From positions 6,707-70,706 of the forward strand of contig CAZLUT010000003.1 of the NCBI GenBank assembly GCA_964562805.1: 64,000 nt of DNA. The letters are read 5' to 3'. Within the stretch, counting starts at the first letter, position 1. Each line of letters begins with the position of its first letter. Of the stretch, positions 47,708-57,728 are shown piece after piece. The position numbers and the translations under genes are program-made. The DNA is from an uncultured bacterium. GTDB taxonomy: Bacteria; Omnitrophota; Omnitrophia; Omnitrophales; CAZLUT01. The notes below the pieces were generated by a model. That model did no database searches. It was not told the origin of the DNA and saw nothing but the letters and a program-made list of their open reading frames with translations.

Positions 47708-48838
47708 TCAAGAAATTTTCTTCGAAAACCTCTTGAGTGAGCCGCCGATATAAAAGGGGCCTTTGACTATCCGGCAAGGAATTTTTTGGCCTCGAATTTC
47801 AATCTCAACACCCTCAATAACCGGCTTTGGGGAATCAATATATCCCAAACCAATATTTTTCTTTAAAGTTGGGCTCATGCCGCCGCTTGTAACAAACCCG
47901 CTTTCTGCGCCGTTCAAATAAAGCTTGTAGCCTGCCCTTGGAATTTGACGTCCCAACGCTTCAAATCCAATAAGTCGCTTCGAAATACCTTTTTCTTTTT
48001 GAGCTTTAATTTTCTCTGAACCGATAAAATTTTTATCAAGATCGACTGCCCAGCTGAGACCGGCTTCGAGAGGCGTCACCTCTTCCGTTAATTCATGTCC
48101 ATAAAGAGAATAACGAGCTTCCAACCTGAGAGAATCCCGAGCACCAAACCCCACGGGGCGAAGACCCAATGCTTCCCCTACCCTTAAAAGCCCTTTCCAA
48201 AAATCTCCGCCTTTTGGCTTAGGTAATAAAATTTCAAACCCATCTTCCCCTGTGTATCCGGTGCGGCAAATAATAACTTCGACTCCCTGGTAATTAAAAA
48301 TCTGAAATTGAAACCGCATAACTTTTGAAAAATCAAGCCCAGTAAATTCCGTTATAATTGCTTCGGATTTGGGTCCTTGAAGCGCAAAAAAAGTTTTCCT
48401 AAAACTAAAATCGGTAAGCTTTACCTGAAAATCTTTTTGATTTGAACTCAGCCATTCCCAGTCCTCGGAAATTCTCGAGGCATTTACCACCAAAAAATAC
48501 TCATGGATATTCTTTTCATAAAGAATCACATCATCAATAATGCCTCCCGCCTCATTTGTCATTAACGAATAAATGCCTGCCTCCGGCTTTAATTTGTCGA
48601 AATTAGCAGTTAAGAGCGAACTTAGAAATTCTCTGGCATCGAGCCCCTCGATTAGAAAATAGCCCATATGTGATACATCAAAAAGTCCCGCGGTATTCCG
48701 AACTGCCTCGTGTTCTTCGATAATACTGGTGAAATAAATAGGGACTTCCCAGCCGGCAAAGTCAGCTATTTTCGCTCCCTTTTCCCGGTGTAATTCTAAA
48801 AGCGGGAGCGGCTTAGTTTGAAATAAATCGTTTTCCAT
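47708..48838 (-). CDS. gcvT: glycine cleavage system aminomethyltransferase T
   Basis: GcvT family blocks (FDVSHMG, folate-binding region); 376 aa. Confidence 0.9.
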   Translation of the reverse strand: MENDLFQTKPLPLLELHREKGAKIADFAGWEVPIYFTSIIEEHEAVRNTAGLFDVSHMGYFLIEGLDAREFLSSLLTANFDKLKPEAGIYSLMTNEAGGIIDDVILYEKNIHEYFLVVNASRISEDWEWLSSNQKDFQVKLTDFSFRKTFFALQGPKSEAIITEFTGLDFSKVMRFQFQIFNYQGVEVIICRTGYTGEDGFEILLPKPKGGDFWKGLLRVGEALGLRPVGFGARDSLRLEARYSLYGHELTEEVTPLEAGLSWAVDLDKNFIGSEKIKAQKEKGISKRLIGFEALGRQIPRAGYKLYLNGAESGFVTSGGMSPTLKKNIGLGYIDSPKPVIEGVEIEIRGQKIPCRIVKGPFYIGGSLKRFSKKIS

Positions 48839-48892
48839 ATTTAAAAATTAAGGAAAGGCGTTGATTTGACTTTATTAAAGTAATATTTTCTC

Positions 48893-50128
48893 TTAAAAAT
48901 AAGATTCGAGCCACTCGCGAGCTTGAGAAGTCGCACGTGAAAGAAAGTTTTGGGTAGCTCTTTGCTGTTTAAGCGTTTTAAATGCCGCTTGCTGATGGCG
49001 GATTGCGCCCCAGACTGCGGTAAATTGCGAATTCCAATACTGCGGCTCGCTTGTTTCGACCCCAAAATTCTTAGGATTACCAAAACGGGTCCGAATTGAA
49101 AATCGATCCTCGATCTCTTCCAAGAGACCTTCCAGCTTTGAACCGCCGCCAGAAATTACGATTTCTGACAATCTTCCTTGTCCTTTCGCCTCAGCAATCT
49201 CTTTTTCAAGTCTTTGCCAAAAAGGAGTCAAATTTTTACTTAGAAATTCTCGCAATTGTCCGCGCTTTAAGGTTTCGATGCCGTATTCATTCCGTGAAAT
49301 AGGGAGGCTTTCTTCATCAGTAGGGCCCGGCAGAAGAGTTCCAAATTCCTCTTTGAGCCGGCGGGCTTCACCGACCTTTAAATGATAACGATCAATTAAA
49401 TTTTGGGTTAAAGCATCGCACCCCCATGAGAAAGAATTGGAATAGCAAAGAATATTGTCTTTAAAATAGATAAGATCCGTTGCATAGCCGCCAATATCCA
49501 TCAAAAGGACTCCATCTTTTTTTTCATCCTCCTCCAGAACACAGTATGACGCCGAAAACGCTTTGGGTATTATCGTCTTCAGCTCGGCTTCGCATCGGTC
49601 AAACAGTTTAGTCAAATTCCGATAGACCTCAGAGCTGATCGTAAAAATACGAAGACTGACGCCAAGTCTCTCCGCTTCTAAATCCAGCGGGTTTTGTATC
49701 CCCCGGGAATCATTGACCCAGTATTCTTGCGGAACGCTTTGAATAATTGTTTCTTTGAGCGGTACCATCGACACATTGCGTGTTTGACGAATGACTTCAT
49801 CCAAGTCGTCCGTCTGAATTGTATGTTTCGCTGTCGAATAAAAAATAGAGCTCGCGAAAGAATATCCTTTAATATCGGGGGAAGATAAAACTAGGGTGAT
49901 TTCGGGAAAATTGTCCAATCCGGCATCGTCAAAAAGACTTCGTGCCTCGCGGGAAGCTAGCTCTAGATCACTGATTCTGCCATGGTAAAAACCTTGCGAA
50001 GAAACCGCTTTAAAATAAATTAGTTTGGGATGGGCTAAATTGGAAAAATCAACACGAGCCAGCACAAACTTGCTGGCGCCCAAAAAAAAATAATTATTAA
50101 TTTTGCTATTTTTAAAGTTTAAAGCCAT
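48893..50128 (-). CDS. ftsA: cell division protein FtsA
   Basis: Actin-fold blocks VPQEYWVND, LLMDIGGYATD, ISGGGSKLEGL and C-terminal amphipathic helix. Confidence 0.85.
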   Translation of the reverse strand: MALNFKNSKINNYFFLGASKFVLARVDFSNLAHPKLIYFKAVSSQGFYHGRISDLELASREARSLFDDAGLDNFPEITLVLSSPDIKGYSFASSIFYSTAKHTIQTDDLDEVIRQTRNVSMVPLKETIIQSVPQEYWVNDSRGIQNPLDLEAERLGVSLRIFTISSEVYRNLTKLFDRCEAELKTIIPKAFSASYCVLEEDEKKDGVLLMDIGGYATDLIYFKDNILCYSNSFSWGCDALTQNLIDRYHLKVGEARRLKEEFGTLLPGPTDEESLPISRNEYGIETLKRGQLREFLSKNLTPFWQRLEKEIAEAKGQGRLSEIVISGGGSKLEGLLEEIEDRFSIRTRFGNPKNFGVETSEPQYWNSQFTAVWGAIRHQQAAFKTLKQQRATQNFLSRATSQAREWLESYF

Positions 50129-50129
50129 T

Positions 50130-50942
50130 CTATGAACCCTTTTTCTTTAATTTAACAATTACGTCCTGAAACCGCAAGTCCAGATAATGGAGTTTTCCTC
50201 TGACATCCGAATGTAAAAGCGTTTCGATATTCCGGATCTTTCCCAGATTATTCAAATCATTTCCCACACGAAATTCTATTCCCTCCCGCGTAACAAACGT
50301 CCAAAATCCGATTTCATTAACATAAACTTTTTGAATCTGTTCTTTTTGGAACAAAGAACTGTTCTTTAAAGAATCCATATACTCGCTGATCTGTATAATA
50401 TGTGATGAATGATAATCCGTACCCACCATATGAGGAATAGGACGAACTGAAGTATCGCTATAGATTAAAAACTCCGGGTGAGGATCCGAGGACACATCCG
50501 GCAGCAAAACACCATCTTGATCAATTAAAAAATATTGCTCTTTAAACGGCGAATAGATCTGAAGAACAGGGCTCCGCTCCTCAATGCGGGCCTCAAGACG
50601 ATTGGGAAATATTTTCTTAAACTTTGCCTTTCGAATTCGTGGGTGCGTCAGGGCTACTTCAACCAATTCATCGAGTTTAATCTCTAAAAGATCCATACCT
50701 TTTTTAAGTTCGGTTAATTTAAGCACCTCTCCAGGAGTTACCTTTTCTAGCCCTAAAATCCGGATCCCCTGAAGCTCCATGAGGCGCGCGGCATCAAGTG
50801 ACCGATGCACCCAAAAAAAACACAAGATTGTGACCATGAATAAAGAACCGAGAAGTAAAAAATTTCTGATTCCGTGCCCTCGGCGAAAACCGGGTTTTCT
50901 AAAGCCGAGCCGTGAAAGAGTTTTCTTAATTCGCTTAGGCAT
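50130..50942 (-). CDS. ftsQ: cell division protein FtsQ (POTRA)
   Basis: Single N-terminal TM, POTRA-like and beta domains; position between ddl and ftsA. Confidence 0.75.
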   Translation of the reverse strand: MPKRIKKTLSRLGFRKPGFRRGHGIRNFLLLGSLFMVTILCFFWVHRSLDAARLMELQGIRILGLEKVTPGEVLKLTELKKGMDLLEIKLDELVEVALTHPRIRKAKFKKIFPNRLEARIEERSPVLQIYSPFKEQYFLIDQDGVLLPDVSSDPHPEFLIYSDTSVRPIPHMVGTDYHSSHIIQISEYMDSLKNSSLFQKEQIQKVYVNEIGFWTFVTREGIEFRVGNDLNNLGKIRNIETLLHSDVRGKLHYLDLRFQDVIVKLKKKGS

Positions 50943-51870
50943 TTACCATTCTTCTTTCGGCATATCGGACGATGGTCTCGCAAAGTTTCTTAAACGAAAT
51001 GCCGCGCGCCGAGGCCGCTTTTGGAAGCAGGCTCAGCTCCGTAAATCCCGGTATTGTGTTAGCCTCCAGCACATGCATTTTGCCTTTTTTATCTACCATT
51101 AAATCAATCCTCGAAAAATCCCGAAGCCCTAAAGCCCGGTGGGTTTTAAGAGCAAGCCGCCGGCTTGCCTGGTCGAGTTGTTTTGTGATTGGGGCTGGCA
51201 CCAAATAGTTAGTAAGCCCCGCTGTATATTTTGCGCGATAGTCATAAAAAGAGCGTTTTGGTTTTAATTCAATGACCGGCAAGGCTTCTTTACCCAATAT
51301 TCCTACCGTTAATTCGCGTCCTAATATTTGTTTCTCAATCAAAAGTTCATGCTCCCGGCCAAAAATTTTATCCGACTTTTTTTTAAACTCTCCTAAGGAC
51401 GCGACTTGAAAAATACCAATACTTGAACCGTCTTCGATCGGTTTACTAAAAATAGGAAAAGGGAAATTTTTTAATTTTTTCATAAAATTTTTTCGTGTTA
51501 CACAGACCCATTGCGGAGTTGGGATCTTCTTGAAATCAAAAAACTGCTTCGCCTTAATTTTATTAAAAGCCGCATAAGAACAATCGGCATTTGAACCCGT
51601 ATAGGCAATGCTTCTTTTTTGGAGCCATCTTTGAATCGTTCCATCCTCCCCTTGCTTGCCATGGAGCGCTATAAAGGCAATATCAATCGCGTTTTTCCGG
51701 ATACGGTCCGAAAATGATTTTCTAGTATCAATCTTGATTGTCTTGAAGCCGCTTTCCTTTAAGGCCCGGTAAATCGCATTGCCTGACTTGATAGAGATCG
51801 GACGCTCATTGGAGGAGCCCCCCAAAAAAACACCGATTCGTTTTTTACCGTTAGACGCCGACATATTCAA
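50935..51870 (-). CDS. ddl: D-alanine--D-alanine ligase
   Basis: ATP-grasp Ddl blocks (IGVFLGGSSNE, EANTIPG). Confidence 0.9.
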   Translation of the reverse strand: MNMSASNGKKRIGVFLGGSSNERPISIKSGNAIYRALKESGFKTIKIDTRKSFSDRIRKNAIDIAFIALHGKQGEDGTIQRWLQKRSIAYTGSNADCSYAAFNKIKAKQFFDFKKIPTPQWVCVTRKNFMKKLKNFPFPIFSKPIEDGSSIGIFQVASLGEFKKKSDKIFGREHELLIEKQILGRELTVGILGKEALPVIELKPKRSFYDYRAKYTAGLTNYLVPAPITKQLDQASRRLALKTHRALGLRDFSRIDLMVDKKGKMHVLEANTIPGFTELSLLPKAASARGISFKKLCETIVRYAERRMVNA

Positions 51871-52759
51871 CTTCGCTTTCTAAGTTAACTTGAAATTCTT
51901 TAAACACTTTTTCCTGAATCAACTGGATTAATTCCAAAACATCCTGAGCCTTGGCTCCCCCTTTATTGACGATAAAATTACCGTGAACTTGGGAAATTTC
52001 TGCGCCCCCCACCCGAACTCCTTTTAAGCCCAAGCGGTCTACCATTTCCCCAACTGTCCACTCGGAAGGTGCCGGATTTTTAAAGATGGAGCCGGCGCTC
52101 GGATGATTCCAATCCTGAACTTGTTTACGGTAACTGCGGCCCTGGGCAATCCTTTCCTGTATTTTTTTAGGATCTTCCGGTGTTAAATAAAACACAGCGT
52201 GTAAAATTAAATTACCTCTCAAACTTGAGCTTCGGTAACCAAAATGAATCTTATCTTTTTTGAGCCGTTCAAAATTACCCTCGGGCGTCAATAAGCTAAC
52301 CTCTTCCAAGCAATGCGATATTTCCTGCCGCTCACCTGAACTGTTCTTACCGAATCCGGCATTCAGAATCAAAGCGCCTCCCACGGTTCCCGGAATCAGG
52401 TCGAGAAATTCGAGACCGCCCAAACTCTCCTTTTTGAGTTTTGAAACAAATTGGTGCAATGAAATACCGCTGGAAACCTCGACCTGAGAATCTTTTGCCC
52501 GAAAAAAATTTTTTTCAAACTCTGACATATTTAAAATCAAGCCGGAATATCCCTCATCAGCAAACAAGGTATTAGAACCAGCGCCTAAAATGCGAAGCGG
52601 CACCCCTTCACGTTCCCGAAATTTGAGCACATAAAGAAGTTCCGTTAAATTTTTAGGGGTCGCATAAAACCGGGCCAAGCCGCCGATTTTGAAACTTGTA
52701 TGAGGCGCTAACGGCTCATTAAAACGTATATTAAGTTCTAAATCGGACAGCAAACGCAT
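51851..52759 (-). CDS. murB: UDP-N-acetylenolpyruvoylglucosamine reductase
   Basis: FAD-binding MurB fold (GGAKNFYA-like, GSNTLF) and C-terminal domain. Confidence 0.85.
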   Translation of the reverse strand: MRLLSDLELNIRFNEPLAPHTSFKIGGLARFYATPKNLTELLYVLKFREREGVPLRILGAGSNTLFADEGYSGLILNMSEFEKNFFRAKDSQVEVSSGISLHQFVSKLKKESLGGLEFLDLIPGTVGGALILNAGFGKNSSGERQEISHCLEEVSLLTPEGNFERLKKDKIHFGYRSSSLRGNLILHAVFYLTPEDPKKIQERIAQGRSYRKQVQDWNHPSAGSIFKNPAPSEWTVGEMVDRLGLKGVRVGGAEISQVHGNFIVNKGGAKAQDVLELIQLIQEKVFKEFQVNLESEVEYVGV

Positions 52760-54110
52760 CGGCTATCTCACTTATATCACCCGCACCCATAAAAGCAAAA
52801 AGCTCGCCTTCAGGTGCTTCGGATGGTTTTAAAGCGTTGAGTAAATTGTTTTTTTCAATAAATGAAGCGTTATTGTGACCATGCCGACGGATAGTTTTAA
52901 GCATTTCCCGAGCTGAAATTTTTTCGTTATTCATTTCACCTGCTCCATATATATCAGTGACAACGATCCGGTCAGCATCCGCAAAGGAAGAACCAAACTC
53001 TTCCAACATGTTTCGAATACGAGAAAAACGATGAGGCTGAAAAACAGCCGTAACTTTTTTACCATAGCTTTTAAGCGCTCGAAGGCTCGCTTGGATCTCT
53101 GTCGGATGATGCGCATAATCGTCTACGACAAGTAAGTCTGATGTTTCAAGTTTTACCTCAAGCCTCCGGCCGGTACCTTTAAAATCCGCCATTCGGGCAA
53201 TAACCTCATCCGGTGATGAACCAAAAGCAATGACCAACGCGAGGGCCGCTATCGAATTCGAAACATTATGGAGACCGGGCATTCCGAGTTTAATGCGTCC
53301 CAATTTTTTTTGGCTTCGATAGAGAGAATATTCCGAACTTTTTGAATCTAAGTGAATATCATGCGCCCAAAAATCAGCTTGGTGTGAAAAACCATAAGTA
53401 ATAAGAGGTTTTGAATAATCCGTAAATAATTTCAAAAGTTCCTCATCGTCATGATTGATCAAAAGTAAACCTCCCTCACGGGTTTGCGAGCCGTAATCCT
53501 TAAAGCAGGCCTTAATCTCTTCAAAGTCTTTATAATGATCCAGATGTTCTTTTTCGACATTTGTAATCAATGAGTAGAGCGGTTCATACCGTCTATGCGA
53601 TTTATCACTTTCATCCACTTCGGCAATATAAAGATCGTCTGAGCCCAGCAAAACATTGTCATCATGATTCAGCAATATTCCGCCAATCAGACAAGTAGGC
53701 TTCCAGCCGATTTTTTCTGCTAAAAAAGAAATCATGGCCGTTGTGGTCGTCTTCCCGTGGGTTCCTGTAATGCCCATTGAAGGCCTTTTGTTTAACAGCT
53801 CGGCTAAAACCTCAGAGCGGTGCATTAAAGGAATGCCAAGTTGCCTGGCTTGCCTGACTTCCAAATTGCTGTCACTGATCGCGGTGGAATAAACAAGAGC
53901 ATCGATCGTGGGGTCTAGTTTTCCGTCATGACCCGAGAACACGCGGATTCCCGCCATTCTCATCTTTTCAAAACAGCTTCCCTCCTTTTGGTCAGTTCCG
54001 CTCACTTTAAACCCTAAATGATTCAGTGTTTTGGCTAAAGCACTCATGCCAACACCACCGATTCCGACAAAATGAAAATGGCGCTTATTCGGAAAAAGTT
54101 TCTTCTTCAT
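52731..54110 (-). CDS. murC: UDP-N-acetylmuramate--L-alanine ligase
   Basis: HFVGIGGVGMSALA N-terminal motif, Mur ligase central GTHGKTTT and C-terminal domains. Confidence 0.9.
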   Translation of the reverse strand: MKKKLFPNKRHFHFVGIGGVGMSALAKTLNHLGFKVSGTDQKEGSCFEKMRMAGIRVFSGHDGKLDPTIDALVYSTAISDSNLEVRQARQLGIPLMHRSEVLAELLNKRPSMGITGTHGKTTTTAMISFLAEKIGWKPTCLIGGILLNHDDNVLLGSDDLYIAEVDESDKSHRRYEPLYSLITNVEKEHLDHYKDFEEIKACFKDYGSQTREGGLLLINHDDEELLKLFTDYSKPLITYGFSHQADFWAHDIHLDSKSSEYSLYRSQKKLGRIKLGMPGLHNVSNSIAALALVIAFGSSPDEVIARMADFKGTGRRLEVKLETSDLLVVDDYAHHPTEIQASLRALKSYGKKVTAVFQPHRFSRIRNMLEEFGSSFADADRIVVTDIYGAGEMNNEKISAREMLKTIRRHGHNNASFIEKNNLLNALKPSEAPEGELFAFMGAGDISEIADAFAVRFRT

Positions 54111-55225
54111 TGTGAATTATCTAACACCTCATTGAATAAATTTTTGAGACGGCCCGCACTGTCTAGGATACTATTTTTTTTCGCGTTGTCACTCATGGAT
54201 TTTAGTATTTCAGGTCTTTTTAGAAGCCTCCCGGTAAGACCCGTTAACGCTTCAGATGTTAAATCTTTTTCCTCGACCACTTCGCAAGCTCCGCGACTTT
54301 CTAAAAACTTCGCGTTTTCCAGCTGATGAGAACCGGCATAAGGATACGGAATCAATAAACTTGGGATTCCAAAGGCCATTAGTTCAAAAATGGTGCCGGC
54401 ACCGGCTCTAGCAATTACCCAGTGGCTCCATTGATAAAGTTTTTCCATTTCATCACTGAACGGCAAAATTTCGTATTCAAGTTCCCGGGGTAAAGACTTA
54501 TAACAGCTAGATACTTCTTCTAAATGCCTCGTCCCTGCAATATGTTTGATGCTAAATTTGGTCATTTCCTCGGCTGACAAGCCCTTCCACGCCTCGGCAA
54601 CAATCTGGTTAAGAAAGTGAGAGCCTTGACTACCTCCCAATACTAAGATATTAATTTTATCGGCTTTTTTGGGAGGAAAATAAAGAAAATCGTGGGCGCT
54701 TTTTGCTAAAGAATTTCTAAGAGGATTACCTGTGACAACAGTTTTTTGGTTCACTAATTCTGTCTCGGGAAAACTAAGCGCAACACGGTCCGCTATCCCT
54801 TTTAACATTTTATTGGCTTTTCCAAAAACAGCATTTTGCTCATGAATAATTGTTGGAATACGCATTGCTTTAGCTAAACAAACCGCTGGGAAAGAAAGAA
54901 AGCTTCCAAAACCCATAACCAAAACCGGTTTTTCTTTAAGCAAAATAAACATGATCCGAAACGAATTAACAATGAATCTAAGGGTGAACAAAATCATCCG
55001 TGGACTAATCCCGCTTGGCAACGGAAAGGCTTTCACACGATAAATTTTAAAATCCTCCAGCTCTCGCGGTACTTTCCAATTAGGATTCGGGGCTAATATG
55101 AATCGAATTTGACAGTCCGTAGTATCTTGGATTCTATGGGCTGTTGCTAATGCGGGAAATAAATGCCCACCTGACGAACCCGTTGCAATGAGTATTGTAT
55201 TAGATTTGTTCTTTCCCTTTTTCAC
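54107..55225 (-). CDS. murG: undecaprenyldiphospho-muramoylpentapeptide beta-N-acetylglucosaminyltransferase
   Basis: GT-B fold with GTGGHLFPAL N-motif and C-terminal UDP-GlcNAc-binding region; GTG start. Confidence 0.85.
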   Translation of the reverse strand: MKKGKNKSNTILIATGSSGGHLFPALATAHRIQDTTDCQIRFILAPNPNWKVPRELEDFKIYRVKAFPLPSGISPRMILFTLRFIVNSFRIMFILLKEKPVLVMGFGSFLSFPAVCLAKAMRIPTIIHEQNAVFGKANKMLKGIADRVALSFPETELVNQKTVVTGNPLRNSLAKSAHDFLYFPPKKADKINILVLGGSQGSHFLNQIVAEAWKGLSAEEMTKFSIKHIAGTRHLEEVSSCYKSLPRELEYEILPFSDEMEKLYQWSHWVIARAGAGTIFELMAFGIPSLLIPYPYAGSHQLENAKFLESRGACEVVEEKDLTSEALTGLTGRLLKRPEILKSMSDNAKKNSILDSAGRLKNLFNEVLDNSQ

Positions 55226-55290
55226 CTATTATGTATTCGCCTTTTATCCTTTTAGTCTCTCGGTTTTCAACTCTGGGGATCCTTGCCCCT

Positions 55291-55325
55291 CACTAGTTAC
55301 TAACCACTAGCCACTAACCACTTTC
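55291..55325 (-). repeat. heptamer tandem array family B, 5 units, 3 nt after ftsW stop
   Basis: cactagt tactaac cactagc cactaac cactttc; sense strand GTGGTTA GTGGCTA GTGGTTA GTAACTA GTG. Confidence 0.6.
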
Positions 55326-55328
55326 TGG

Positions 55329-56438
55329 TCACCTTTTTCTCTTCTTCCCCTTGTACAGTTTCCTATCAACGCCTAAAATCAGCCCGACAGCTATCATATT
55401 CATAATCAGAGATGAACCCCCGTAACTTACGAACGGTAAAGGCAGCCCCTTTGTGGGGATCATTCCCGTAGCTACCATAATATTAATAAACGCCTGAATC
55501 AAAATCATAAGCACAAGACCCCGGACATATAGATTTAAAAATAAATCCTTTGATTTTCGCGTAATGTTAAAACCAAAAACAAAAAACGCGACAAAAAGAA
55601 GAACAATAACTAAAGCGCCGATAAGCCCCAGCTCTTCTCCGATGATCGAAAAAATGAAATCGGTAAAACTTTGCGGCAAATAAAATAATTTTTGGGTGCT
55701 GGCACCCAAACCCAACCCCTTCCAGCCGCCGATCCCAAAAGCGATGAAGGACTGAATGATTTGAAAGCCGCCGCCTCTTGGATCGCGCCAAGGATCCAGA
55801 AAAGCCGTAATGCGCGCCATACGGTACGGAAAAAGTATAACTAGAAAAACTACCATAGGCAGTATTGTTAAAGCCATCCCAAAAATATATCGAAGCCGGA
55901 TACCCGAAAGAAAAAAGAGAGTAATGGTTAATAAAAAATAAATAATCACCGAACCCAAATCAGGCTGCGCCAAGACAAGAATAGAAAACAAGGAAAAGAC
56001 ACATAAGGGCGGAATAAAAACTTTCCAGTCGCCCCTTTGAATTTCGCGAAACTTTCTGGAAAGATAATCCGCCAGATAAAGCGTTAAAATAATTTTAATA
56101 AATTCGGCCGGCTGCAAATTAATAGGACCCAATTTGATCCAGCGGCTGGCGCCTCCTCCTGCTTGAGATAGGAAGGGCAAATACACCAGGGTCAACGCGA
56201 CAACTCCCCCAATCACCAAGACAAGACTATTCTGCTTTAGCCATCCGGGATCAATGAGAGATGCGCCCATCATTAAGAAAAATCCAAGAAGCACGTAGAT
56301 TAACTGACGTTTTAAGAAATAAAAAGAGTCCCCAAAATGCTGATAGGCAAATATAGCGCTCGCGCTATAAATCATAATAATACCGAGCGCTGCCAGCGTT
56401 AAAGTGACAATTAAGAGACGGAAACCGTTTTGTGACAT
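55329..56438 (-). CDS. ftsW: peptidoglycan glycosyltransferase FtsW (SEDS family)
   Basis: 10-TM SEDS protein with conserved periplasmic loop motifs. Confidence 0.85.
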   Translation of the reverse strand: MSQNGFRLLIVTLTLAALGIIMIYSASAIFAYQHFGDSFYFLKRQLIYVLLGFFLMMGASLIDPGWLKQNSLVLVIGGVVALTLVYLPFLSQAGGGASRWIKLGPINLQPAEFIKIILTLYLADYLSRKFREIQRGDWKVFIPPLCVFSLFSILVLAQPDLGSVIIYFLLTITLFFLSGIRLRYIFGMALTILPMVVFLVILFPYRMARITAFLDPWRDPRGGGFQIIQSFIAFGIGGWKGLGLGASTQKLFYLPQSFTDFIFSIIGEELGLIGALVIVLLFVAFFVFGFNITRKSKDLFLNLYVRGLVLMILIQAFINIMVATGMIPTKGLPLPFVSYGGSSLIMNMIAVGLILGVDRKLYKGKKRKR

Positions 56439-57694
56439 TTTATCGCTATTTCATTTACTAGTTTTTTAAATTGCCTGCCCCGATCTTCATAGTTTTGAAA
56501 CATATCAAAACTGGCGCAAGCGGGAGAAAAAAGTATTGTATCCCCCGCGGCAGAAAAGCGCGCGGCGCTCTCGATCGCCTCTCTCAACGAAGCAGCCATT
56601 GTTACCTGCTCAAAGGAACTCACGGCAGTTTGGATTTCTTTTGCGGCTTCGCCAAAAAGAATAATATGTTTTGTCTTATTTTTGAGCAGATCCGTAATTT
56701 CTCTAAAATTACCCCCCTTATTTTTACCGCCCATAATAAGAACGACTGATTTCTCCATCTCTTGGAGCGCCCACTTCAAAGAAGAGATGTTGGTTGATTT
56801 TGAATCATTGATATAGACACGGCCATCATTTGAAGAAATTTTTTCCAAACGATGTTCGATACCTTGAAACTCTTTAAGCACCCGGAGAACCTTACGGCTA
56901 CTTAGCCGATATGCCTCGGCCGCTTTTAAGCAGGCATTCCAATTGGGATTACTTCCGGCTTCTTTGGTTCCTTTAAAAAACTTGGTCTTTGAAAAAATTT
57001 CTTTTGCACGATTCATGATCTCAGGGTCGTCCTGATTTAAAATGGCAAAATCATCTTTTGATTGGTTTTTAAACATTAAAAATTTCGCATCATAATATTC
57101 GGCCGTGCTCTGATGCCAATCTAAATGGTCGGGCTCCAAATTCAATACAATGCCCACATGAGGACAAAATTTATCAATATTGATCAGTTGAAAAGAACTG
57201 ACTTCAATAACCGGAATTAATTTTCCATGATTAACCCGATCAATTTCACCGATTAACGGATTTCCAATATTCCCGCAGCTCAAAGCTGCAATACCATTTT
57301 CTGAAAGTATCTGTGCGATCAAAGTTGTCACTGTTGTTTTCCCGTTAGTACCCGTAACAGCAATGTAGGGTATTTCGAGGAACCAGCTGGCAACTTCGAT
57401 TTCACTATAGAACGGGATTTTGAGAGAAATAATTTTTCGGTAAATGCTCGAGTCCGGTTTAATACCGGGGGAGATAACAATAAAAACCGACTTTTTTATT
57501 TTTTCTTCTGAGTGGCTCCCTATCTCAACATCAAACCCTTCCGTTTCGAGAAGCTTTTTCGTTTTTTCCGTTTTTTCGTTCTTAATATTTTCGCTTAAAA
57601 AAATCTGAGCTCCTCTAGAACGTAAAAATCTTGCGCTCTCCACTCCGCTTTTCCCAATTCCTAGAATTGTAATTTTTTTATTTTTAACTTCCAT
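56411..57694 (-). CDS. murD: UDP-N-acetylmuramoylalanine--D-glutamate ligase
   Basis: GIGKSG Rossmann N-domain, GTNGKTT P-loop, Mur ligase C-domain. Confidence 0.9.
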   Translation of the reverse strand: MEVKNKKITILGIGKSGVESARFLRSRGAQIFLSENIKNEKTEKTKKLLETEGFDVEIGSHSEEKIKKSVFIVISPGIKPDSSIYRKIISLKIPFYSEIEVASWFLEIPYIAVTGTNGKTTVTTLIAQILSENGIAALSCGNIGNPLIGEIDRVNHGKLIPVIEVSSFQLINIDKFCPHVGIVLNLEPDHLDWHQSTAEYYDAKFLMFKNQSKDDFAILNQDDPEIMNRAKEIFSKTKFFKGTKEAGSNPNWNACLKAAEAYRLSSRKVLRVLKEFQGIEHRLEKISSNDGRVYINDSKSTNISSLKWALQEMEKSVVLIMGGKNKGGNFREITDLLKNKTKHIILFGEAAKEIQTAVSSFEQVTMAASLREAIESAARFSAAGDTILFSPACASFDMFQNYEDRGRQFKKLVNEIAIKCHKTVSVS

Positions 57695-57728
57695 TTCCCT
57701 CAGATCTCAGATCTTAGTTCTAATCCCT
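57695..57728 (-). repeat. heptamer tandem array family A, 4 units, filling mraY-murD intergenic
   Basis: cctcaga tctcaga tcttagt tctaatc; sense strand TAG, TAA, TGA, TGA cover all three frames then GAGGGAA-ATG. Confidence 0.6.

Noticed and set aside
48839-48892. Glycine riboswitch upstream of gcvT
   Set aside because: The leader is only 54 nt and lacks the conserved glycine-aptamer motifs.
21948-55325. Synthetic or engineered origin of the heptamer arrays (they are rich in BglII AGATCT, BamHI GGATCC and SpeI ACTAGT sites)
   Set aside because: The surrounding sequence has natural codon usage, overlapping genes and degenerate units that differ at every site. Restriction-site content follows from the repeat consensus itself.
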